Part shown: positions 19,706-29,108 of the stretch, piece by piece
Layout of the letters: every line of letters starts with the position of its first letter
How positions within the stretch are numbered: position 1 is the first letter of the stretch
Origin: Bryobacteraceae bacterium
GTDB taxonomy: Bacteria; Acidobacteriota; Terriglobia; Bryobacterales; Bryobacteraceae
Direction: 5' to 3'
DNA: 64,000 bases
NCBI GenBank assembly: GCA_049520275.1
Contig: JBEKPY010000032.1
Location: forward strand, 26,277-90,276
The notes under the pieces: model-generated
The model's database searches: none
The model's input: only the letters and a program-made list of their open reading frames with translations
What the model was told of the DNA's origin: nothing
Translations under genes and position numbers: made by a program

Positions 19706-22700
19706 CTACGGACGTCGTGCGATCTCCTCTTCGACGAGAGCCGCCAGTTCGTCGTCGGTGAGCGACGCCCCTTCCCCGGCTGCGGCGGCCATGGCGCGCG
19801 GAGATTCCAATGTCAGAACTTCCGACAAGAGATATCCCGCCAGCGCGTCGAGCGTCGGATAGGCAAATAGTAAAGTCGCCCGCAGCGGACGGCCCAGGGA
19901 CGCTTCCAGCCGCGTCTTCAATTCCAGAGCCAGGATGGAGTCGAGACCCAGGTCGAACAAACCCTGGCGTGGAGGAATCGCCTGGGAGTCCTTCAGCTTC
20001 AGCGCGTCTCGAACCAGGTTCGCAAGCTGTAAAAGCAGGAACTGGCGACGCTCGCCGGCGGGCATCTCCGTCAAACGGAGCATCAGTTCGCTCGGCCCGG
20101 CGGGACGATCCGTGACGGGCATCATCTGGGAAAGGAACATGGAATTGCGCGCGGCGGGATCGAAACGGAAGAAGCGCTCCCAATCGATGTTGGCGACCCC
20201 GACCTGAGTCCGGCCGCTGCGCATAAGAATCTCAAGGATCCCGAAGCCGGTTTCCGGGGGCAGGGCCTCAACTCCAAGGTGCGCGAGCTTTGCGTGCGCG
20301 AGACGGCCGTACTCCGTGGCAGCGTGGCCGATCTCCTTCCACGGTCCCCAGTTGATGCTGAGCGCGGGGCGGCCCTCGGCGCGGCGCTTCCATGCCAGCG
20401 AATCCAGGGCGCTGTTCGCGGCGGCGTAGTTTCCCTGACCGGGCATGGGCACCAGCGAAGCCATGGACGAAAACATCACGAAGTAGTCGAGGGGATCATC
20501 GCGCGTGGCGTTGTGGAGGTTCCATGCGCCGTTCATTTTCCCCGAGGCGCTACGCTCGAAGCGCGTCCAGTCCTGCGCGCGGAGCAGGGCGTCGTCGAGT
20601 GTCCCCGCCAGATGGAAAACACCGCGAATAGATGGCATCGTGCGCCGTATCGCGGCAAGAGCGGCTGAAGTTTCCCGCTCGCTGCCGAGGTCGGCCTGGA
20701 AGACAGGGGCGCTTCGCGAGATCGATACGACATTCCCCGCCCCACGCTCGCGCAACCACGCCGCGAGCCGGGTGCCGATTCCGCCGGTTCCGCCGGCGAT
20801 CACATAGGTCCCGTCGGCCGCCAACGCGAGGGGAGCATCCTGGGAAACCGATCCCTCCGCCTGCAACCTGGCCACATGAAGCCCACCGCGCCGGACGCCA
20901 AGCAGGTCTTCGCTTCCGCAATCGCGAATCGCCGCGAGAAGTTCCCGCGCCGCCTCCTGCGGACTCGATAGAGGATCGAGGTCTACCAGCCCTCCCCAGA
21001 ACTCGGAGTGCTCCACCTTGATCGTGCATCCGAGTCCCCAGAGCTGAGCCTCCGTCACGCTCCCAGCGTCTCCATCGAGCACCGGCATGGCGCCTGTCGT
21101 CGCGATCCACAGGCGAGCGTCCTCTCTCAGCTCATGCCGGGCCAGAGACTGCGCCGCCTGAAGCAGGCCCTCCAATCCGTTGCCGCCGAGATAAACAACT
21201 CGCTCCGCCAGCGATTCATCGGGGATTTGGCCGGCACGCCGGCAGGTTCCCCCCGAGCCGCGAATGAGCGCTTCCAGTTGCGCCGCGATGTCGCGGCTGT
21301 CTTCGAGAATCAGCCAGTCTCCCGCATCGGCGCCCCGCGCCGCGGTCCTGGATACCGGGATCCACGCACGCCGGTAGAATTGATAATCCCGCTGCGACTG
21401 CAACGGAGCCGCGGAACTGCGCATGCGCTGAAGGCGAAGCCCGCGGATTTCAAAGAGCAGCGAACCGTCCAGACCGTAGACGGAAACATCCCCTTCCCGA
21501 ACTTCGGATGAACCGCCCGCACCCAGCACGGCGTGACTCCACGCTGGCTGGGGCGTCGCTGTTACCACGCGCAACTCCCGAACGCCGGCAGGAATGTAAA
21601 TCGAATCCTCCAACAGATTCGCTGGCAGCGCGGCCAGCGCCACCCGGCTGCAAGCGTCCAGAAATCCGGGATGAACGGTGTAGACCCCGGAACCAGTGTC
21701 TGTCGCCTGAATCCTGCCCAGAGCCTCCCCGTCACGCCGCCAGATTCTTCCAATGCATTGGAGTTGTTCGTCTATCTGAAGCCCGTAGCTCCGCAGCTTC
21801 TCGTGAAACGCGGTTCCCGGCCATTCCTCAGTGCAGCGGCTCTGTATCGTGGCCGGATCGAATCGCTGCGTGGCGGGAGGTGGCGCGGGAAGCGCCGAAG
21901 TGTCGTGCAAATCCTTGAGGCGCGCCAGGTGCTGGAGATTGCTCAGGATGAGATTCGCATCGGGGCCGAAATCCAGCAGGCACGCAATCTCCGTCGCGCC
22001 AATCGATTCCAGGCGCTGCACCAGCGGGAGGCACGTTTCCGGTGTGCCGATCAGTCCGCGCGACTCCGCAAAGCGATCATAGAGGAACTCCACGAACTCG
22101 CTCAAATCGCTCGGACTCAGCGTCCGTACATCCACGTTCTGGCCACGGCTGCGCGCGAGGCCATTCAGCAGGCCGATATTGTTCTGAATGTAGGAGCAGA
22201 ACGGTTTCCTGGCCAGTTGGCGCACCTCCGGCGCGTCGGCGCCCACGAAGGTGTGAAGCATCACGGTCACGACGCCCGATTCGGCATCGTACCCCGCCTG
22301 CGTACGCGCTTCCCGGTATAAGCGGATCTTGCGAGCCAGTTCCTCCTCGCCCTGGTCGAGCAAATGCGTCAGGACATGCGCGCCAAGCTCGCCGGCCCGC
22401 ACATACGATTCGGCTTTGGAGGCCGCTGTTATCCAGACGGGCAGTTCGCGCTGAACCGGGGTCGGGTAGGCTCTGACAGTTGTTTCCCGCCCGAGGCCGT
22501 CCTGTGCGACGACACTCTCACCTCTCCACAAACGCCGGAGGGTGGCGATGGTGGAAGCGAGATGTTCGTAACGGTTGGAATATCGCTCGGGAAAAAACGC
22601 GAAGTCCTCCGGATTCCAACCGGGCGCAAAGGAGATTCCCACTCGGCCGCCCGACAGATTGTCCACCATGGACCACTCCTCGGCGATTCGCAGCGGATGA

Positions 22701-22999
22701 TGCAGCGGAGCCACCACACTTCCCGCCCGAAGCGAGATCCGCTCGGTGACCATCGCGAGGCTGGCATGCAGGACCGCGGGATTCGGATAGAGCGAGCCAT
22801 ACTGCGTAAAGTGCCTCTCGGGAACCCACACGCTGGAAAAGCCGTGCCGGTCGCCGAAGCGCGCACTCTCCACCACGAGACGGTACTTGTCCCCCGCCAG
22901 GGCGTCTTCACTGGCGGCAAAGAACATCAACCCGAACTTCACGAGGATGCCTCCCATTCGTCGCCTGAAGGCGCGCGCTTGCGCACAGGGACCATTCAC
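19706..22999 (-). CDS. PKS subunit: luciferase-like monooxygenase (LLM) domain - DH C-terminal hot-dog - KR - ACP
   Basis: 1097 aa, GTG start. N-terminal ~360 aa is an LLM/FMN-dependent oxidoreductase fold (KFGLMFFAAS... SVWVPERHF). It is followed by the second hot-dog half of a DH (YGLQIDEQLQ, VHPGFLDACSRVA), a KR (IAGGTGGIGTRLA, YAAAN), an ACP (LGLDSILALEL) and a C-terminal docking tail. Overlaps the upstream gene by ~90 nt in another frame. Confidence 0.85.
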   Translation of the reverse strand: MNGPCAQARAFRRRMGGILVKFGLMFFAASEDALAGDKYRLVVESARFGDRHGFSSVWVPERHFTQYGSLYPNPAVLHASLAMVTERISLRAGSVVAPLHHPLRIAEEWSMVDNLSGGRVGISFAPGWNPEDFAFFPERYSNRYEHLASTIATLRRLWRGESVVAQDGLGRETTVRAYPTPVQRELPVWITAASKAESYVRAGELGAHVLTHLLDQGEEELARKIRLYREARTQAGYDAESGVVTVMLHTFVGADAPEVRQLARKPFCSYIQNNIGLLNGLARSRGQNVDVRTLSPSDLSEFVEFLYDRFAESRGLIGTPETCLPLVQRLESIGATEIACLLDFGPDANLILSNLQHLARLKDLHDTSALPAPPPATQRFDPATIQSRCTEEWPGTAFHEKLRSYGLQIDEQLQCIGRIWRRDGEALGRIQATDTGSGVYTVHPGFLDACSRVALAALPANLLEDSIYIPAGVRELRVVTATPQPAWSHAVLGAGGSSEVREGDVSVYGLDGSLLFEIRGLRLQRMRSSAAPLQSQRDYQFYRRAWIPVSRTAARGADAGDWLILEDSRDIAAQLEALIRGSGGTCRRAGQIPDESLAERVVYLGGNGLEGLLQAAQSLARHELREDARLWIATTGAMPVLDGDAGSVTEAQLWGLGCTIKVEHSEFWGGLVDLDPLSSPQEAARELLAAIRDCGSEDLLGVRRGGLHVARLQAEGSVSQDAPLALAADGTYVIAGGTGGIGTRLAAWLRERGAGNVVSISRSAPVFQADLGSERETSAALAAIRRTMPSIRGVFHLAGTLDDALLRAQDWTRFERSASGKMNGAWNLHNATRDDPLDYFVMFSSMASLVPMPGQGNYAAANSALDSLAWKRRAEGRPALSINWGPWKEIGHAATEYGRLAHAKLAHLGVEALPPETGFGILEILMRSGRTQVGVANIDWERFFRFDPAARNSMFLSQMMPVTDRPAGPSELMLRLTEMPAGERRQFLLLQLANLVRDALKLKDSQAIPPRQGLFDLGLDSILALELKTRLEASLGRPLRATLLFAYPTLDALAGYLLSEVLTLESPRAMAAAAGEGASLTDDELAALVEEEIARRP

Positions 23000-25900
23000 G
23001 GTCCGCCAAATCCGTTCGCCGGAACACCTGGAACGAAAACGATCCGCCCGGCTGACGGTTCAGGACGGTCTGCATTTCAGCCTGGGAGCCGGCCTCGAAG
23101 AACACCGGCTGGTGAAGCTGTAAGTCGGAAACTTGGTAGTGTGAGCCCGGCGTTGTTTCGGACGCCGCCCGCAAGGCTATTTCGACGTAGGCGGAATACG
23201 GCAGTACCGCCGCACCCATCAGGCAATGGCCCTGTATGTAGTCCGTGCTCCCCGGTATTCGCGATCGCCAGACGTACGTCTCCGGCAGATGCGCGAGCCC
23301 TTCCATGCGCTCCCCAAGGAGAGGGTGCGGCTTCTCCGCGGCTTTCGACACGAACCCCGGAGCGGCGTCGATCCAATAGCGCTCGCGTTGGAACGGATAG
23401 GTGGGGAGGCCCGCAAGCCGCTGGCGGGAAGACCCGCAATCCACCGCGCGCCAATTCACCTCGCTGCCTCGCATGTACAGCTCGCCGAGGCTCTCCAGCA
23501 ACGTGCTCCAGTTCCCGCGGTGCTGATCGAGGCTGGCCAGCCAGGCGTGCTTTTCCGGTGCAATGCACCTCTTCCCCATGGTCAGCAACATTGGTTTCAC
23601 ACCGATTTCCAGAAAGGCATCGACCCCTGCGCCAGCCAGGAATTGCATTGCCGCCATGAATTGCACAGGCTCCATGGCGTTGCGGCTCCAGTACCCGGCA
23701 GTCGCAAGCTCGGCTCCGGCTGGGCCGCCGGACACGGTGGATACCACCGGCACCGAGGGGGCCCGGAACCTCACCATACGAGCCGCAGCTTCGAACTCGG
23801 TCAACATAGGCCTCATCAGCGGCGAGTGAAACGCATGGGAAACGGAAAGAGGCGCGGTGTGTGCACCGGAGCGCTCCAGCGCCGCTGCAATCTCCTGCAC
23901 GGCCCGCGATTCGCCGGAAATCACCACCTGCCGGGGACCGTTGATCGCCGCGATCGACACCGCGTCCGCATGGCGCGCCACCAGGTCGGCGACCCGGTCC
24001 TGTCCCGCCAAAACAGACAGCATCGCTCCGTTGCGGCACAGTGCCTTCGTCAAAGCCGCGCGTCGAGCGACTAATATGAGGCCATCCTCGAGGCTGAACA
24101 CGCCAGCCGCACAGGCCGCCGCGTATTCTCCAATGCTGTGGCCCATGACGATGGAGGGTTCGATTCCCCAGCTTTTCCACATCTCGGTAAGAGCGGCTTC
24201 CATCGCGAACAGAATCGGCTGGGTCCAGACCGTTTCGTCGATTCGCGACGGTTGGCCGGGTGGCGCAAACAAAACCTCCAGCAGCGAGCCTTCCGAGTGA
24301 GGCCGCAGGATTTCGGAGCAGCGGTCGAGCGTTTGCCGGAAAACCGGCTGGGTGTCGTACAACTCGCGGCCCATCCCGGCGTATTGCGACCCCTGACCCG
24401 TGTAGACGAACGCGATCCGCGGCGGTCGCGACGGCGTCCGCGCATCGAAGCCCGCCCGCAGTTTCTCGAGCAGCTCTCCAGCCGACTTCGCGATCAAAGC
24501 TCTCCGCACGGGGAAGTGTTCTCTGCCGGAACAGACCGTGAAAGCAAAGTCGCCTAATGAAACTCGTGGATTGGCCGCCAGAAAGCCGACGTACTGTTTG
24601 CAGACCTCGTCGAGAGCCCGCGGAGTCCTGGCTGAAAGTGCGACCGGATGGATTCCACCTTCCGCACCGTTCGCTTTCGGCCGATTGGGCCCTTCCTCAA
24701 TCACCACGTGAGCATTGGTTCCGCCGAATCCGAAAGAACTGACGCCCGCCAGGCGCTTCCTCTCACCGCGCGGCCACGGTGTCAGCGCCAGGGGGATGCG
24801 CACGCGCGTGCCGTCTTTCGCGGCGCTCCGGTTGAGCCGCTGGAAATGCAAATGCGGGGGAATCTCCTCGTACCGCAAAGACAGCACTGTCTTGATCAAA
24901 CCGGCGATTCCGGCCGCGGCTTCCAGATGTCCGATGTTCGTCTTGACGGAACCGGCGAAAATGGAGCCAGTGCGCTCGGCCCCGAAAACGGCTTTGAGAG
25001 ATGCCAATTCCATCGCGTCACCCAGGGGGGTGCCGGTGCCGTGCGCCTCCACATAGCCGGCTTCGGAAGGATCCACGCCGCTGCGGCGCCAGGCGTCCCG
25101 CATTACGGCTTGCTGGGCCGGACCGTTGGGCGCGGTGAGTCCGTTGGTCATTCCGTCCTGGTTTACCGCCGAGCCGCGAATCACGGCCAGCACCGGATCG
25201 CCATCGCGGAGCGCATCGCTCAGGCGTTTCAGGACGACAAGTCCCGCGCCCTCGCCCCGCACGTAGCCGCTCGCGCTCTCGTCAAAAGTCCGGCAACGTC
25301 CGTCCGCGGAAAGCATCCCCGCGCGAGCGAACATCACGCTCAGGTGCGGCGCGAGGATGAGATTCACTCCGCCCGCCAGGGCCATGTCGCAGGCGCCGCT
25401 CAGAAGGCTCTCCGCCGCCTGGTGCACCGCGACCAGCGACGAGGAACACGCCGTGTCCACGGCCCAACTGGGGCCGCGAAGATCCAGCAGATAAGAGATC
25501 CTGTTGGCGGCGATGCTGAGGGCGTTGCCCGTTGCCGCATATGGCTCCGTGGCGGAAGCGTGGTTGCTCTGCAGCCTCGCGTAATCGGAGTTGCTGATTC
25601 CAATGAAAACGCCGGTTCTTGTGCCGCCCAGACTGTTCGGAGGAATCCCCGCGTCTTCCAGCGCTTCGCGGGCGATCTCCAGAAGCAGGCGCTGCTGAGG
25701 GTCCATGGCTTCCGCTTCACGCCTCGTGATTTCGAAGAACTCCGCATCGAAGTTTTCGACTTCATCCAGCAGCCCGGCCCATTCCGGAGCTGTCGAATCA
25801 GGCCAGCCGAATCTTCTGAACCGGGCTCCCAGAGCGGGAGCGATCGCGCTCCGTCCCTCCCGCAGCATGCGCCAGAACGCTTCGGGATTGCGCGCTCCCG

Positions 25901-27992
25901 GAAAGCGGCAGCCCATGCCAACGATCGCCACGGCATCTTTCCCGCCCGCTGCCGAGGGGGCCGTCGGAGCCTGGTCCATTTGCGGGGAAAGATGGCGCGC
26001 CAGCGCTTCGATGGTGGGATAGTCGTACAGCAGCGTGGCCGCCAGCGGACGGCCTAGCCACTCCTGGAGCTCTCCCGACAGCGCCACCGCGTCTTTGGAA
26101 TCGATGCCGAAGTGGCTGAACGGATCGCTTGCGCGAACGGTGTGGACCGGCACGCGCAGCTTGTCCGCCACCTTCTCCATCAGCCACGCGCGGATGGAGC
26201 CGGTATCGACGGCGCGTGGGTTGGCCTTCATGACTTTCGCCGGCGCCGGATTCTCCGGGCGGCGCCATTCCCCTGCAATCTGCAACCCTTCATCCGCGAG
26301 GAAACTCGCGCGGCAGAGGTGCCGTTGAATCTTCCCGCTGGAAGTCCTCGGGATGGTCACGGGCTGGACGAGCAACGCCGCGTATAGTTCAATGTCATGC
26401 TGCTCGGCCACCGCCCGGCGAATTGCCGCGACAGTTTCTTCGACATCCAGCTTGCGCAGATGTTCGCGTTTCACCTCGCAGACCACCACCAGCCGTTCTT
26501 CCCCGTCGATATCCACGCTCACGGCAGCGGCTGCGTTCAAAGCGAGGGCGGCGTGGCTGGCTTCCACCGTACGTTCGATATCCTGCGGGTGATGATTCCG
26601 GCCGCGGATGATGATCAGGTCCTTGATGCGCCCGGAAACGAAAAGCTCGCCGCCGAGCAGGAATCCAAGATCGCCGGTCCGCAGGAACGGACCGTCGCCG
26701 CCGGACAGCCGTGCCTGGAAGACGCGCGCAGTGTCTGCGTCGCGGCCCCAGTACCCGGCCGCGATGTGCGGTCCAGCCGCCCAGATTTCGCCAATCTGTC
26801 CGCTTTCCACGGGTGCGCAGGTATCCGGGTTCACGATCGCGAGCCGCGTACCGGCGGCTGCTTGTCCGGAACTCACCAGTCGCCGCGCGTTGGTCTCCTG
26901 CGTGGAAGCCACTGCCGCACCGGCCTCCAATGACCGGCCGTCGAACGAAGCCTCGACGTGCGGCTGATCCGGCTTGCTTCCCGTGACCAGCAGCGTGGCC
27001 TCCGCCAGGCCGTAACAGGGGTAGGGAGCCTCCGGGCGAAGCCCGCACGCGCGAAACGCCTCCACGAACCGGTGCAAGGTCTCGGCACGAACCGGCTCCG
27101 AACCGTTGTACGCAATCCGCAGGCTGCTGAGATCCAAACCCGCCTTTTGTTCCTCCGTCACCTTCCTGGCACACAAATCGTAAGCGGAGTTCGGCCCGCC
27201 CGTCGTGGTAGCCCGGTATTTCGAGATGGCCTGCAACCAGCGGACTGGCTTCTGAATGAACGAAGCCGGTTCCATCAACACCGACAGAATGCCCAGATGC
27301 AAAGGGTGCAGTGTGTTCCCGATCAAGCCCATATCGTGAAACAGAGGCAGCCAGGATGCGAAGATCGTGGTTTGATCGTGGCCAAAACAATGCCCGATCA
27401 TCTCCGAGTTGTGGAGAAGGTTTCCATGGCTCACCATCACACCCTTCGGCGAGCCCGTGGACCCGGACGTGTATTGCAGAAACGCCAGGGCATCCGGATC
27501 GAGGGAACCGTCCACCCAGAAATCGGCGTGGGGATCCTGGCCGTCGTCGGTGGCAATCCAACGCGATGTCCGGAGCCCGTCGATAACCGCCGCTTGCCGT
27601 TCCAGTCCCTCAAGCTTTGCGGCGGTGGTCAAGGCGAAAACCGCGCCGCAATCCGCAACAATCGACTGTAAGCGTGCGGCGTAACGGTTCTGCCGCGGCG
27701 GATACGCGGGCACGGCGACCGCACCGGCGTATAGGCAGCCCATGAACGCGCTGATGAACTCGAGGCTCGGTGGATAAAGAAGAAGCACCCGGTCGCCCGG
27801 GTCGACAGCCGCCTGCAGCCTCGCTCCAATTTGACGAGCCCGTGAATCCAGCGCCTGGAACGTGAGACTGCCCGATTCCACCTCGCCGTTTTCGAGAAAA
27901 ACATACGCCGTCCGATCGGGCCGGGTTCGCGCGTGATGTCGCAGCACTTCCACGAAGCTTCGAAACTCGGGATTTATAGAGAGGACCTTCAT
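22908..27992 (-). CDS. Fatty acyl-AMP ligase (FAAL)-ACP-KS-AT-DH(N-terminal hot-dog) loading/extension subunit
   Basis: 1694 aa. FAAL N-terminus MKVLSINPEFRSFVEVLRHHA... YTSGSTGSPKGVMVSHGNLLHN; ACP (GIDSKDAVAL); KS (DTACSSSL, EAHGTGT, NIGH); cis-AT (GHSIGEYAA, YTGQGSQ); then a DH first hot-dog with HxxxGxxxxP (IQGHCLMGAAVLP). The ORF ends right after this half-DH. Confidence 0.9.
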   Translation of the reverse strand: MKVLSINPEFRSFVEVLRHHARTRPDRTAYVFLENGEVESGSLTFQALDSRARQIGARLQAAVDPGDRVLLLYPPSLEFISAFMGCLYAGAVAVPAYPPRQNRYAARLQSIVADCGAVFALTTAAKLEGLERQAAVIDGLRTSRWIATDDGQDPHADFWVDGSLDPDALAFLQYTSGSTGSPKGVMVSHGNLLHNSEMIGHCFGHDQTTIFASWLPLFHDMGLIGNTLHPLHLGILSVLMEPASFIQKPVRWLQAISKYRATTTGGPNSAYDLCARKVTEEQKAGLDLSSLRIAYNGSEPVRAETLHRFVEAFRACGLRPEAPYPCYGLAEATLLVTGSKPDQPHVEASFDGRSLEAGAAVASTQETNARRLVSSGQAAAGTRLAIVNPDTCAPVESGQIGEIWAAGPHIAAGYWGRDADTARVFQARLSGGDGPFLRTGDLGFLLGGELFVSGRIKDLIIIRGRNHHPQDIERTVEASHAALALNAAAAVSVDIDGEERLVVVCEVKREHLRKLDVEETVAAIRRAVAEQHDIELYAALLVQPVTIPRTSSGKIQRHLCRASFLADEGLQIAGEWRRPENPAPAKVMKANPRAVDTGSIRAWLMEKVADKLRVPVHTVRASDPFSHFGIDSKDAVALSGELQEWLGRPLAATLLYDYPTIEALARHLSPQMDQAPTAPSAAGGKDAVAIVGMGCRFPGARNPEAFWRMLREGRSAIAPALGARFRRFGWPDSTAPEWAGLLDEVENFDAEFFEITRREAEAMDPQQRLLLEIAREALEDAGIPPNSLGGTRTGVFIGISNSDYARLQSNHASATEPYAATGNALSIAANRISYLLDLRGPSWAVDTACSSSLVAVHQAAESLLSGACDMALAGGVNLILAPHLSVMFARAGMLSADGRCRTFDESASGYVRGEGAGLVVLKRLSDALRDGDPVLAVIRGSAVNQDGMTNGLTAPNGPAQQAVMRDAWRRSGVDPSEAGYVEAHGTGTPLGDAMELASLKAVFGAERTGSIFAGSVKTNIGHLEAAAGIAGLIKTVLSLRYEEIPPHLHFQRLNRSAAKDGTRVRIPLALTPWPRGERKRLAGVSSFGFGGTNAHVVIEEGPNRPKANGAEGGIHPVALSARTPRALDEVCKQYVGFLAANPRVSLGDFAFTVCSGREHFPVRRALIAKSAGELLEKLRAGFDARTPSRPPRIAFVYTGQGSQYAGMGRELYDTQPVFRQTLDRCSEILRPHSEGSLLEVLFAPPGQPSRIDETVWTQPILFAMEAALTEMWKSWGIEPSIVMGHSIGEYAAACAAGVFSLEDGLILVARRAALTKALCRNGAMLSVLAGQDRVADLVARHADAVSIAAINGPRQVVISGESRAVQEIAAALERSGAHTAPLSVSHAFHSPLMRPMLTEFEAAARMVRFRAPSVPVVSTVSGGPAGAELATAGYWSRNAMEPVQFMAAMQFLAGAGVDAFLEIGVKPMLLTMGKRCIAPEKHAWLASLDQHRGNWSTLLESLGELYMRGSEVNWRAVDCGSSRQRLAGLPTYPFQRERYWIDAAPGFVSKAAEKPHPLLGERMEGLAHLPETYVWRSRIPGSTDYIQGHCLMGAAVLPYSAYVEIALRAASETTPGSHYQVSDLQLHQPVFFEAGSQAEMQTVLNRQPGGSFSFQVFRRTDLADREWSLCASARLQATNGRHPREVRVDVLCRQ

Positions 27993-28010
27993 GAGACCAG
28001 CCGGCCGTTT

Positions 28011-29108
28011 CTACGCGTGAGTGCTCGCGGCATTCCCGATCTCCAGCGGCGCATACCTTCGTTCCGGCCAGGGCGTGGGAACGAAGCCGTCGATAATCGT
28101 GCCAATGCCCTCGGCTCGGGCGAGGTCCACCGCCAGGCGCGCCACCGCGAGATCCAGAATGCCCAGCCCAAACGGGCTGAAGATCACCGGCTCGCCGCCA
28201 CGGCGGGCTTTTTGCCCCGATAGAATCGCGCCCAGAGTGGCGCGGATACAATCGCGGTTCCCCGCCTTCTGCACCGCCAGATCAAGCGAAGTCCGATTGG
28301 AACAAACATGCTCGACGTCGTCGACAACGTTGTCGCCCGCGAGGATTACTTCCGGCGCGAGATCGCGCAACGAGATATGTAAGATGACCGAATTCTCGCG
28401 GCAGCCGTCCAGGTTGTCCAGATGCGGAATCGTTGCGTTGGTCGCCAGGCTGACGACATCCGCTTCGCGGAACAGGGTAGTGGCCGAAGGCGCCAATGCG
28501 ATGTGTCGAGTCCCGCAGAGATCGGGGCATTTCTCCAAAAACCTGCGAGCCTGGGCCGGGTCTGTATCGAAGAGCAGGAACTCCGCAATTTCGGGATGCG
28601 TCGCCAGCAGGAACCGGACAGTCTCGAAATTGATCGGACCGCAACCCAGAATGCCAACCGAATGAATCGAGCGGCCCTCGCGAAGGACCGATGCCGCCAG
28701 CGCCGCGCTTGCCGCGGTGCGGCACGCGTTGATTACGGACCCTTCCAGGATCGCTTCAGGTTGTCCCGTTCGCGTCGAGTTCAGAATCAATGTGGCGGAG
28801 GCCCGGTCCATGCCCGATCGGATGTTGTCGGGGAAAGATGCTACCCATTTCATTCCCGCGACCTGGAACGACCCGCCCAAGAACGCGGGTTTGGGAATGA
28901 TCCGATCCCTTGTATTGCCGGGGAACCGCAGGAAAGGGCAATTGGGAGCGCTGTAGTCACCCTGCTCCTTCAGCAGGTAAGCTTGCCTGACGCTCTCCAT
29001 GATCGCCGCCTCGCGCCCCTCGAAGAGTCGGATGATCTCGTTCCCGCGCAGCAGAGTCACCCCGCCGGTACTTTCCAGTGAGCGCTTCACGTTAATTTCC
29101 CGATTCAT
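28011..29108 (-). CDS. sbnB: SbnB-like NAD-dependent ornithine cyclodeaminase/mu-crystallin family enzyme (2,3-diaminopropionate biosynthesis)
   Basis: Track ORF 28011..29213. Alignment to SbnB suggests the start MNREINVKRSLESTGG at 29108. OCD/mu-crystallin family Rossmann motif GILGCGPI. Immediately downstream of sbnA, with a 16-nt overlap. Confidence 0.7.
   Translation of the reverse strand: MNREINVKRSLESTGGVTLLRGNEIIRLFEGREAAIMESVRQAYLLKEQGDYSAPNCPFLRFPGNTRDRIIPKPAFLGGSFQVAGMKWVASFPDNIRSGMDRASATLILNSTRTGQPEAILEGSVINACRTAASAALAASVLREGRSIHSVGILGCGPINFETVRFLLATHPEIAEFLLFDTDPAQARRFLEKCPDLCGTRHIALAPSATTLFREADVVSLATNATIPHLDNLDGCRENSVILHISLRDLAPEVILAGDNVVDDVEHVCSNRTSLDLAVQKAGNRDCIRATLGAILSGQKARRGGEPVIFSPFGLGILDLAVARLAVDLARAEGIGTIIDGFVPTPWPERRYAPLEIGNAASTHA

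Noticed and set aside
19697-20183. First 162 codons of track ORF 8892..20183
   Set aside because: Low-complexity Arg/Gly/Ser-rich sequence overlapping the upstream gene's 3' end; a clean start with a docking helix is at 19697.
23226-26057. Plus-strand ORFs 23226..24074 and 24648..26057, plus nested minus-strand ORFs 23077..24180 and 26395..27561
   Set aside because: The former are antisense to the FAAL-PKS ORF; the latter are out-of-frame overlaps of that ORF. Arg/Gly-rich junk with no motifs.
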